From a virus (taxonomy: Duplodnaviria > Caudoviricetes), in the IMG/VR virus record IMGVR_UViG_2751185632_000005, positions 25,472 through 89,471 of that record: DNA of 64,000 bases; one strand, given 5' to 3'. The notes under the pieces were generated by a model, which was not told where the DNA came from, ran no database searches, and saw nothing but the letters and a program-made list of their open reading frames with translations. The translations under genes and the position numbers were made by a program. Shown here piece after piece: positions 27,853 through 35,661 of the stretch; the first letter of the stretch is position 1, and each line of letters starts with the position of its first letter.

Positions 27853-28758
27853 TCACGCAAGGAAATCGCCGATTTGGTCGAGGATGGCCTGCGCCTCGTT
27901 GGCAACGTCGCGGCGCTTGCCCTCGTCCTCGCGAAGGACGCTGGCGTCGTGCTCGCAAAGCACCTTCATCCGCTCCGCCAGTTCGGCGATGCGCGGGTCT
28001 CCGGTAATGTCGAGCGCCGGAAGAACGGCGAGCATGTCGCGCACGTTCTCGACCAGCGAGTCGCGGAAGATGCCTTCCGACCGCTCGCCCTTCTTGCTCG
28101 CCGGCTTGTAGGCGCCGAGCCGGTCGACCATCCGCTCTGCCAGTTCGGCGATGCGCTCGAAGATGTTGCGCACGGCAGCACGCGTCGCCTCGCCGACCTG
28201 CTGCTCAATGTCGGCGCGGATGCGCTCGGCCTGAGCGTCAGAGATGGCGACACGGAAGTCGTCGGAGGTCGGGACCGGGAGAACCTTGCAATCCATCGCG
28301 AACTTGGCGCGCAGCTCTTCCGCCTCGGGATAGTCAGCCGCCTTGAACATGCCGTTGAGGCGGGAGGCGGCAGCGGCCACATAGCCGGGGTACCTGGTGA
28401 TGAAGGAGTCGACGGCCGCGTCGAACTTGGCCGACTGGGATCGGAGCCAAGCCATGTGTGAGAGATAGGCGTCGGCAGCCATGATGCGACTACCGTCCTG
28501 CATCCACGGCAGCGTCCGCTTAAGGAATTCATTGCGGGTTTCGCTGACGATGCGCTCGATCTCCTCGAGCGCTTCCTTCGGCAGAAGCAGCTTGTTGTAG
28601 CGGCCGGCGTCCGAGGCGGCGCCGTGTTGGTCGTTCACCTCCTTGGTGACTTCGCGGTCGAGCCGCCGGCCGGACCACTGCGAGATGCGCAGCGAGACGA
28701 TCATCGCGCGGGTGGCGAGGGTAGAGGAGGCAGACTGGATCTGAGAAAAGGCGTTCAT
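27853..28758 (-). CDS. DUF3150-like protein
   Basis: IVSLRISQWSGRRLD...KLLLPK...TLPW...YP...LRAKF...FRDSLVEN. Confidence 0.7.
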   Translation of the reverse strand: MNAFSQIQSASSTLATRAMIVSLRISQWSGRRLDREVTKEVNDQHGAASDAGRYNKLLLPKEALEEIERIVSETRNEFLKRTLPWMQDGSRIMAADAYLSHMAWLRSQSAKFDAAVDSFITRYPGYVAAAASRLNGMFKAADYPEAEELRAKFAMDCKVLPVPTSDDFRVAISDAQAERIRADIEQQVGEATRAAVRNIFERIAELAERMVDRLGAYKPASKKGERSEGIFRDSLVENVRDMLAVLPALDITGDPRIAELAERMKVLCEHDASVLREDEGKRRDVANEAQAILDQIGDFLA

Positions 28759-28829
28759 TTTGGGTCTCCATCGTTTCCATGAGCGGAGGGGGAAGGGCAG
28801 GCGGCTCGTGACGTCTCGCCCGGTCGTGG

Positions 28830-29216
28830 TCAAGCGGCGGCCGTCTCGGCCAATTGCGCGGCCAACCCGAGAACTTTGGAGCGTACGGCGGGATCGAGGC
28901 ACCGAAACGCCGACAGCAGCTCGACCTCCTGCCGGTTCTGCGCGGTGACGACCGATGCGTTGCTGGCGCCCGCCGGAGAACTACCGAGTTCAGCGCCGTC
29001 GTAAAGCTCGACCACCGATACGCCCAAGGCCTGGGCGATCTGAACCATGCGCGAGCCGCCGACGCGATTGGTGCCCTTCTCGTATTTCTGAATCTGCTGG
29101 AAGGTGATGCCGACGGCCTCGCCAAGTGCCTCCTGGGACATTCCCTGGAGCTGGCGGGTGCGACGGATGTTCTGCCCGATGGTGATGTCGGCCTGAGCCG
29201 GGGACTTCATGTTCAT
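28830..29216 (-). CDS. XRE HTH regulator, PraR/PhrR-like
   Basis: GMSQEALGEAVGITFQQIQKYEKGTNRVGGSR matches the rhizobial PraR/PhrR signature. Confidence 0.8.
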   Translation of the reverse strand: MNMKSPAQADITIGQNIRRTRQLQGMSQEALGEAVGITFQQIQKYEKGTNRVGGSRMVQIAQALGVSVVELYDGAELGSSPAGASNASVVTAQNRQEVELLSAFRCLDPAVRSKVLGLAAQLAETAAA

Positions 29217-29465
29217 TCTGGTGTCCTTGGTAGAGGTGTGGTTGCCGCCGCCGTTTGCATGGGCGGGCGGTGACGGCTGAATCCCACCGGTAGTATTGGC
29301 GCCGGCTTTCAGGCCCGGCCCATGGCTTCCTCCTGTGTTGCAGAGACACGCACAGCCGCCGCGCCCCCAAAGGGCTCGCCTCAGTCTCTGTAGGGAATGG
29401 TTGGGTGCGGCTCCGCCTTTCCTGAAGCGGCTACTGCCCGTCCAGCGGGCGGGCAGGGTGTCGCG

Positions 29466-30212
29466 TCAGGACCAGCACGACCAGCCGTGGAAGCCACTCT
29501 TCTTGGAGATGCTGGAGCACCATCTCGTCGAAACCGCTGGGCCGGCGTCGCCGTCGGGGACGATGACATAGTGGTCGCCCATATCGCGGGCGACGACGCG
29601 CACCGTGCCACGATGGATGGGGAAAAGCCGCCCGAGCGCATGGTGAATCTCCCGCAACTCGCGCGGTTCGGTCTCCGCGGTGACCCATGCCTTGACGCGA
29701 CGAGGCGGAAATCCCTCGTCTCTGCTGGCAGTGAAGTGCCATGCGCCACGGAACAGATCTTCGACCTCGCTCGGCAGGAATGTCGAGAAGATGCTCTCGT
29801 ACCATGTCCAGAACACAGTCCACTCGATACCGGGGATGCTCGGCAGGATGCCGGGATACTCGTTCTTGTCCAGGCGGCCTGTGAAATCCATGGGGCAACC
29901 ATAGCGGATCAGTTCGATATCCCTGTCGTCGAACCGCTCGAGGTCGGGCCGGCGGCAGGCGACGAGATGACCATTGAAGTCACCGGGGCGGAGATTGCCC
30001 TCGTAGGTGCGGGCACGATTCCAGGAGCCGTTGCGAACGCATCCGCGCTCGTCGACCTGAATGCACATCGGGGATGGGGACCATCCCTCGGGAACGGCAG
30101 TGATGAGGACGCAAACCGGGTTGCCGCGATAGGTCTTCCGCTTGAGCTGGAAGACGCGGCCCGGCGCTAGCTGAGTGCGCCAGCCGCGCGATACGCGATG
30201 CGGTTCAGACAT
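29466..30212 (-). CDS. Hypothetical protein
   Basis: 248 aa with GGAGA RBS. Confidence 0.65.
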   Translation of the reverse strand: MSEPHRVSRGWRTQLAPGRVFQLKRKTYRGNPVCVLITAVPEGWSPSPMCIQVDERGCVRNGSWNRARTYEGNLRPGDFNGHLVACRRPDLERFDDRDIELIRYGCPMDFTGRLDKNEYPGILPSIPGIEWTVFWTWYESIFSTFLPSEVEDLFRGAWHFTASRDEGFPPRRVKAWVTAETEPRELREIHHALGRLFPIHRGTVRVVARDMGDHYVIVPDGDAGPAVSTRWCSSISKKSGFHGWSCWS

Positions 30213-30266
30213 GAAAGTCTCCTGTATCGATAGGGGGTAGCTTGAAGGGACGGGTCGCACGGCATA

Positions 30267-30488
30267 GTGTGGCACATGCCCAAGAGACCCCAGCCGCCCC
30301 GCGAGAGGGCCGCCCGCGCCCTGTGCAGTCTGAAGAGCTTGCCCGAGAACACGAAGTTCGAAGGCCGGCCGATGTGGGAGTCATTTCTTCCGGAGGTAGA
30401 CGCGGTGTTGAGGGCCGCGCTCACACCGGAGGAATTTGCCCGCATGAAGGGCGAAGATTGGTCGGCCGCTGACAGGACCAGGATGTAA
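30267..30488 (+). CDS. Small hypothetical protein
   Basis: PRERAARALC...EGRPMWESFLPEVDAVL. Confidence 0.55.
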   Translation: MWHMPKRPQPPRERAARALCSLKSLPENTKFEGRPMWESFLPEVDAVLRAALTPEEFARMKGEDWSAADRTRM

Positions 30489-30491
30489 ATC

Positions 30492-30692
30492 ATGCTTCCG
30501 GCGGAACGCGAAAGATTGGCTGAGCAAGTTGGGATGGCTGTGCTTCGGATGCGCTCTGATGCGCAACGATTCTTGGGTGAGGCTCAGAGCGCAGGCGATG
30601 CGAAGATGGCCCGAAAATGGACAAGCGAACTTCGCAAGCTCGATGCCAGAATCGCCAAGTACGGTCTGTCTAGGTACGCGGACCGGAACTGA
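30492..30692 (+). CDS. Small hypothetical protein
   Basis: 66 aa, adjacent to the previous plus-strand gene. Confidence 0.45.
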   Translation: MLPAERERLAEQVGMAVLRMRSDAQRFLGEAQSAGDAKMARKWTSELRKLDARIAKYGLSRYADRN

Positions 30693-31170
30693 TCTCCTCG
30701 AGGCGGTCCGCTTCCTCGTAGGAGAAATCTGCGCGCACTAGCAGGGCGTTGCCTCTGGTAACCTCGGCGTCTTCAGCGCATGGGATCAGGTCGGCCTCTT
30801 CTTCGAGGCAGGTGGCGATGCGCTCGCGTTCGGCCGAGACCAACTCAGAAGTGTCAAGTTCGCTTTGGAGGATGGCTACAGATCCGCACCAGTCCTTGAT
30901 GTCGTTGGTGGCGTCGATCACCAGTTCGTAGTCTTCAATGCTGGCGACGCTGGTTTCGATGCGGCTGCCAGCCTCGTGAAACCAGGCTTCGACCGAGCGG
31001 AGGTCACTGTCCTCGTCGTTGAGTTCTTCCTGCAGGTCCGGCAGAAGCCACTCGGCAAATTCAGCACGAATCCATGCCTCGGCTGCCTCGTGGGTGATGA
31101 ACGAGCGAACGTGTGCGCCCGGCACGGTCCAGCTCTCTACGATAGCGGTGAAGATTTGCATGTCATGCAT
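30670..31170 (-). CDS. Acidic hypothetical protein
   Basis: CCGGAGG RBS; D/E-rich. Confidence 0.65.
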   Translation of the reverse strand: MHDMQIFTAIVESWTVPGAHVRSFITHEAAEAWIRAEFAEWLLPDLQEELNDEDSDLRSVEAWFHEAGSRIETSVASIEDYELVIDATNDIKDWCGSVAILQSELDTSELVSAERERIATCLEEEADLIPCAEDAEVTRGNALLVRADFSYEEADRLEEISSGPRT

Positions 31171-31378
31171 CCTCCGGATTGGTGATGATGCCGGCTTCCG
31201 CCTTGCTCTCGCCGGTCTCCCGGTTCTCGATGCGAATATCTTCAGTCGACAGGGTCTCGGAGTCCTTGAAGGTCGAGCAGCCGTCCATGTGGAGCCGAAG
31301 CGCTTCTTCAAAGCTCTCGGCATTGACGGTGTAGCGCTCGCGGATCTCGGCGGTTTGGAAGATGTCGAAGGTGGTCAT
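31163..31378 (-). CDS. Hypothetical protein (start may extend to GTG at 31531)
   Basis: GGAGG RBS before MTTFDIFQ. Confidence 0.6.
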   Translation of the reverse strand: MTTFDIFQTAEIRERYTVNAESFEEALRLHMDGCSTFKDSETLSTEDIRIENRETGESKAEAGIITNPEDA

Positions 31379-31527
31379 GTTGACGGTCCTCCGGGTGTCG
31401 TTGATCTCAGTGCCCGGTGCAGCCGCACCGTCACGGCGGGGGTGGGTGTTGGGGTGGTTGTCGGACCTCAGCGCCTTGGCGCCGGCCCGTTTCACCTTGC
31501 GCTTGGAGCGGGTTTTCTTGGTTGCGC

Positions 31528-31935
31528 TCACGGCCGCTTCCCCTTGAAGCGATAGACAGCCCGCATCGGACGGACCTTGCCGCGCCACCTGCTTTTGCCG
31601 TTCTTCAAGCGCTCGAATGTGCCGTCGAACTGCCAGATGCCGCCGCGAAGGTTGCCCTTCGCCTCGATCCAGTCGTCCACCTGGTCGTTCATGTCGCAAT
31701 GGAGCCACGGGCTGCCGTCCAACTCGGTGCCGTCCTTCAGCTTGAACGTCCAGTCGATGATCGTGATGTCGCCATGCACTCCCAGCGTGAACAGCACAAA
31801 GCCCGAATACACCTCGCGCACCTTCGGCTGGAGATGTCCCCATGTGTCCTGCCAGACGGCTTCCACATACTGAGGGATCGGTGTGGGTGACTGCGGAGAG
31901 GCCGCGTAGCGGGCGGCTGCGGTCGTGTAGTTCAT
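31528..31935 (-). CDS. Hypothetical protein
   Basis: GGAG RBS; 135 aa. Confidence 0.65.
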   Translation of the reverse strand: MNYTTAAARYAASPQSPTPIPQYVEAVWQDTWGHLQPKVREVYSGFVLFTLGVHGDITIIDWTFKLKDGTELDGSPWLHCDMNDQVDDWIEAKGNLRGGIWQFDGTFERLKNGKSRWRGKVRPMRAVYRFKGKRP

Positions 31936-31937
31936 GG

Positions 31938-32234
31938 TTACCGCTCCGCCTTGGCGATCGCCGCGCGAATGCCGGCGACGGTATTGCTCCATGGATGATG
32001 ATCGTGGTCGATCGGCAAGCCGTAGGCTGCGCCGCCGGTCATGTTCTCGATGTCGACCAGCACCGACTTCAGTGCGGCCAGCATCTCGTCATGGCAGTTC
32101 GCCGCATGAACGAGCGGGGCGACGTGATCCATGGAGACGCACGTGGCGAGATCAACGCCGAAGCTGTTGACGATGACATCCTGCCTGCGAATGCTGCGGC
32201 CAAGCGGCAAGTGGAGGTGATCGGCGATACGCAT
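31938..32234 (-). CDS. Hypothetical phage protein (…IRAAIAKAE family)
   Basis: HAANCHDEMLAALK...IRAAIAKAER. Confidence 0.65.
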   Translation of the reverse strand: MRIADHLHLPLGRSIRRQDVIVNSFGVDLATCVSMDHVAPLVHAANCHDEMLAALKSVLVDIENMTGGAAYGLPIDHDHHPWSNTVAGIRAAIAKAER

Positions 32235-32236
32235 GA

Positions 32237-32572
32237 TTACCGGCCCTCCGCTTTGGCGATGATGGCGCGAATGCTGACGATCGCCGCCGCTGCGAGACCG
32301 TGTTCCAGCGGGTTGTTGTTTGGCTCGCCAAATGCGGTGACGAGCACGCCTATCGCCAATTCGAGGACAGCCAGCATCTCCGGCGAAGCGGCGATCAGAT
32401 GAGTGTTGGCTTCGCATTCCCGCTCCGTGCGGCCGCAGACGATCGCGACCACGGTCCCGTCATCACCCCCAACGATGTTGCAGCGGTAGCCCCCGCCAAC
32501 AGGCACGATGTTGAGATGCTTCGTGGTGATCCGAGCCGGAAACCAGAGCGCGGGCGTATGTTGAGTGGTCAT
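32237..32572 (-). CDS. Conserved phage protein (MTQHTP…ANARLIAAAP family)
   Basis: MTTQHTPALW...EANTHLIAASPEML...RAIIAKAEGR. Confidence 0.75.
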   Translation of the reverse strand: MTTQHTPALWFPARITTKHLNIVPVGGGYRCNIVGGDDGTVVAIVCGRTERECEANTHLIAASPEMLAVLELAIGVLVTAFGEPNNNPLEHGLAAAAIVSIRAIIAKAEGR

Positions 32573-32575
32573 GGT

Positions 32576-32944
32576 TCATTCCTCCGGGCTGGCGGTGATG
32601 GAGAAGTCCCCGTAGAACTTGCCCTGCCACGGGAAACAGCCATCGACGGGCTCGATGCTGTGCTCCACCCACGTCAGGCCGGTGCTGACGTCGTAGTCGC
32701 CGGTGGCGTTGCAATAGCCAGCGCTGACCCAGCTCTGGTAGACGTCGGGAAAGGCAGCCTTGAACGCCTCCCTCTCCATGGCAAACTTGATGTCGCCCAT
32801 GTAGGTGATCTGCACGTAGCGGAATGGGCCGATCACGGGGCCGCGATAGCCCCAGCCGTCCATGTCCTCGGTGGCGGTATCTCGGCCGTGGAACAGGCTG
32901 ATGTAGACGGCGCCCGTCTCGGGGCGGCTCATGGGAAGCGACAT
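32576..32944 (-). CDS. Hypothetical protein
   Basis: Start-associated motif and RBS; LFHGR...GWGYRGPVIGP. Confidence 0.7.
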   Translation of the reverse strand: MSLPMSRPETGAVYISLFHGRDTATEDMDGWGYRGPVIGPFRYVQITYMGDIKFAMEREAFKAAFPDVYQSWVSAGYCNATGDYDVSTGLTWVEHSIEPVDGCFPWQGKFYGDFSITASPEE

Positions 32945-33053
32945 AGGCGGTCTCCTTGAGTGCATGATTGCGGGGGAGCCCGGCCACCGGGAGGGTGGCG
33001 GCCGGGCTGGTGGCGATGGCACGGGTACGCAAAGAACAGTCGCCATCGCCGAG

Positions 33054-33314
33054 TTAGCGTCTCGGGGAACCGTAGGTCTCTCGGAGGTACCTGGCGGGGT
33101 TGATCCAGCGATCGACGGGGGGAATGTCCTCGTGTTCAGCGAGGGCCTCTACCCAATCCTTGGCGCGCTGGACGGAGATTTCCGCGCCGGCGATGTTTCC
33201 GAAAGACCATATGAACAGGCCGCGAGGGTCGGGCGTGTCGCGCACCGCGGCGTCCTTGCGCCCGGAAAGGCCAATCCATTTGCGGTTGATGCGCGACCAC
33301 ATGTGCGGTGTCAT
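33054..33314 (-). CDS. Hypothetical protein
   Basis: TGATG coupling to the upstream gene. Confidence 0.55.
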   Translation of the reverse strand: MTPHMWSRINRKWIGLSGRKDAAVRDTPDPRGLFIWSFGNIAGAEISVQRAKDWVEALAEHEDIPPVDRWINPARYLRETYGSPRR

Positions 33315-33667
33315 CACCGCGCGAATTCATCACGCATGCCGGCGAGCAGCGCCGGGCCGTAGCAGGACTCGAGGTTGCCGTCGGTGGGGGCGTTCTGGGC
33401 ACGCCAGCATTCCGCCGTGATGCCTTTCGGGACAGGGATGCAGGCCGTGAAGCCGCCGTAGGTGTTGGCGAGGCGAGATGCCTGGATGCAAGCGCGTTCG
33501 GGCATGCCGGTCGCAATGATCGCGGCGGCGTTGTCCATCGATAGCTTGGCAACCTCGAAGTACTCGTCCTCGTAGATGGTGGCGAGGGTGAATGTCTCGG
33601 CGCGGACCGGCGCCGTGGCGGCGAGCGCGAGAAGGGCGGCAGAAGCCGCAAGCGCAGAAAGGCGCAT
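33314..33667 (-). CDS. Secreted Cys-containing hypothetical protein
   Basis: Signal peptide MRLSALAASAALLALAATAPVRA; 4 Cys. Confidence 0.7.
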   Translation of the reverse strand: MRLSALAASAALLALAATAPVRAETFTLATIYEDEYFEVAKLSMDNAAAIIATGMPERACIQASRLANTYGGFTACIPVPKGITAECWRAQNAPTDGNLESCYGPALLAGMRDEFAR

Positions 33668-33717
33668 GGATGGTCTCCGTGAGTGCATGATTGCAGGTGG
33701 ATTCGCCGTGAGGCTTC

Positions 33718-33746
33718 TTGACTCCAAGCCTATTCGGCGTGACGAT
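33718..33746 (+). promoter_or_regulatory. Putative sigma70 promoter for the mini-array
   Basis: TTGACT-N17-GACGAT, ending 13 nt before repeat 1. Confidence 0.5.
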
Positions 33747-33759
33747 TGCCTTGGCGTCG

Positions 33760-33849
33760 GCCTCCCCCGCCAACGCGGGGATGGCCCTTGCTAGCGTCCT
33801 TATCGAACGCGAGCATATTGGGTTTCCCCGCCAACGCGGGGTTCCAAGG
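33760..33849 (+). CRISPR. Type I-E-like CRISPR mini-array (2 repeats, 1 spacer), no cas genes
   Basis: GCCTC-CCCCGC-CAAC-GCGGGG-ATGGCCCT, then a 32-nt spacer, then GGTTT-CCCCGC-CAAC-GCGGGG-TTCCAAGG; exact 61-bp period. Confidence 0.6.
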
Positions 33850-33879
33850 GACTGTCGGAGCAGTAACTCCGGGCCGGCG

Positions 33880-34059
33880 TCATCTCCCCACTTTATGGTC
33901 CGGGTCGTTGACCATCTCGATCCGATAATGGTCGCCGTTGTAGCCGACCCAGCACATTTCGACAGGGCGCTGGAACTGCACGGGGAAAAGGCGCCGGAAA
34001 ACGCCCCACAGGGATGACGGGGCTTCTTGTCCGGTTGTCTCGTTGACAATGCGGGCCAT
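33880..34059 (-). CDS. Hypothetical protein
   Basis: AAAGGA RBS. Confidence 0.55.
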   Translation of the reverse strand: MARIVNETTGQEAPSSLWGVFRRLFPVQFQRPVEMCWVGYNGDHYRIEMVNDPDHKVGR

Positions 34060-34134
34060 GGTTTTTCCTTTCTTGTTGCTGTCGAGCATTGGCGCTCGGG
34101 GTCGCCGGCCTGTTACGGTCGGCGGGCCGGGGCG

Positions 34135-34329
34135 TCAGAACGTTCCGGCTTCGTAGGCGCCCGGAGTCTTGCTGATCAATTCGCGCCAGCCGTAGCCATC
34201 GCGCACGTACCAGCCACCGAGACGCCACCGAGGCTTTCTCCAGCGCAGGCGCTTATCCGGCATCTCGACCAGCACTTTCATGTCGCGATCCAAGGCGGGG
34301 CTAAACGGGTGTTCGTGCCTCTCCATCAT
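34135..34329 (-). CDS. Hypothetical protein
   Basis: AAGGAG RBS before MMERHEH. Confidence 0.5.
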   Translation of the reverse strand: MMERHEHPFSPALDRDMKVLVEMPDKRLRWRKPRWRLGGWYVRDGYGWRELISKTPGAYEAGTF

Positions 34330-34366
34330 CTTCTCCTTAGCGGCGCGTCGGACGGCTTGACGCGGG

Positions 34367-34636
34367 TTACAGGCTAGCTGCCTCGTAGATTGGCGGACAA
34401 CCGAACGGATCGGCGTGGAAAGCGTCGCGGTCGTAGGCGCGAACGGAAACGACTTCACTGTGACCGGGCGCGATTTCTTCGGCGGCGATGCGCGCGGCTC
34501 GGGCCTCGGCGATGACCTCGTCGAGGGTATTGCCGTGCAGGATCGAGGACGTGATCAGGCGTCCGTCTGGCATCCGGGGTTCATTCCGCTTCGGGCGGAC
34601 ATTGATAGCGGTGCGGATCTCAAGGCGGATGGTCAT
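34367..34636 (-). CDS. Hypothetical protein
   Basis: Coupled to the upstream gene. Confidence 0.55.
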   Translation of the reverse strand: MTIRLEIRTAINVRPKRNEPRMPDGRLITSSILHGNTLDEVIAEARAARIAAEEIAPGHSEVVSVRAYDRDAFHADPFGCPPIYEAASL

Positions 34637-34641
34637 GACCG

Positions 34642-34878
34642 TCAGGCCTCGAGATAGAGGACGCGATACCGACCGTCGTTGCCGGGGTAGCACTCGACGG
34701 CGCGCGGATCGGATAGCGCGGGCGGCCCGATCTCGATCGAGCGAGAGGCAAGAGCGCTGTCGACGGCCGACCACGGGTCGGGATAGCCTTGGGCTGCGAA
34801 GTGACGCAGCGCCGCGCGCTGGCTGACGTAATGGTGCGTTCTGACGACATGGGAGCGAGCCCGTGCAATGGCGGACAT
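34642..34878 (-). CDS. Hypothetical protein
   Basis: Start-associated motif and RBS. Confidence 0.6.
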   Translation of the reverse strand: MSAIARARSHVVRTHHYVSQRAALRHFAAQGYPDPWSAVDSALASRSIEIGPPALSDPRAVECYPGNDGRYRVLYLEA

Positions 34879-34965
34879 GGTGGTTTCCTCTTGGTGCATG
34901 GATGCGGGGTCGGGTTGATTGCCCGTATAGCCGCCACCGGCGGGCGGAGGCGGCTAGGCTGGAAA

Positions 34966-35271
34966 TCACACTCTTTGGTGCCGTCCGTTGCGCGACACGA
35001 AGCCGTAGGCACGGACTTCGGCACCAAGAACATCCTGTGCAGTGGGGGAGTTGAGCGTGTCGAGAATGGCGCACTCGCCGGTGGCGTGGGGGTTGACGGG
35101 CCATTTTATGGCGACACCATCCGTCCGGCCGAGGTCGCGTCTGAGCACACCGTCATCATCCGGCATGTGCAGGCGATAGTGCGACACGGTGCCATCCGCG
35201 CCGCGGGAGACTTCCCAAAGGAAAATGTTGGCGCCGATCTCGTCGACCGACTGGGCGAGGGTGATCGACAT
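34966..35271 (-). CDS. Hypothetical protein
   Basis: GGAG RBS. Confidence 0.6.
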   Translation of the reverse strand: MSITLAQSVDEIGANIFLWEVSRGADGTVSHYRLHMPDDDGVLRRDLGRTDGVAIKWPVNPHATGECAILDTLNSPTAQDVLGAEVRAYGFVSRNGRHQRV

Positions 35272-35273
35272 AG

Positions 35274-35531
35274 TCACTCCTCTCCCATGGTGCGGAGGAC
35301 GACGCGCGATAAGGCGATCTCGGCGAACTCGTCGAGTGCAACGCAGGTCGCAAAGCCCGGCCCCTGACGGACTATCGCGGCCTGATAGCAAGCGGTCGGG
35401 TCCTCGAAATCATCGACGACGGCGATGGTCGGCGCCGCGCCGGGGATGGTGTCGACCAGCCAAAAGGCCGGGCCGTCGGCAAGCGCCGGCGACGCGCTGG
35501 CGATGAGAAGGGCGGCGATGAGCGCGCGCAT
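35274..35531 (-). CDS. Secreted hypothetical protein
   Basis: Signal peptide MRALIAALLIASASPALA; 2 Cys. Confidence 0.65.
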   Translation of the reverse strand: MRALIAALLIASASPALADGPAFWLVDTIPGAAPTIAVVDDFEDPTACYQAAIVRQGPGFATCVALDEFAEIALSRVVLRTMGEE

Positions 35532-35661
35532 GGGGTTACCTCTTTCGCATGATTGCGGGTTCGGCCGTGCGGCCGTGGAAAGGCGACGCTGGCTCGCCCT
35601 TGCATGGATGCACGGAAGCCGCCCCGGCGGACCGGAGCGGCTGGATTGCATGGGGCGGTGA

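Noticed and set aside
29280-29420. Possible hammerhead ribozyme (CTGAGGCGAG...GAAA) in the intergenic stems upstream of the PraR-like gene
   Set aside because: The CUGANGA core is not satisfied and the stems do not form the required three-way junction.
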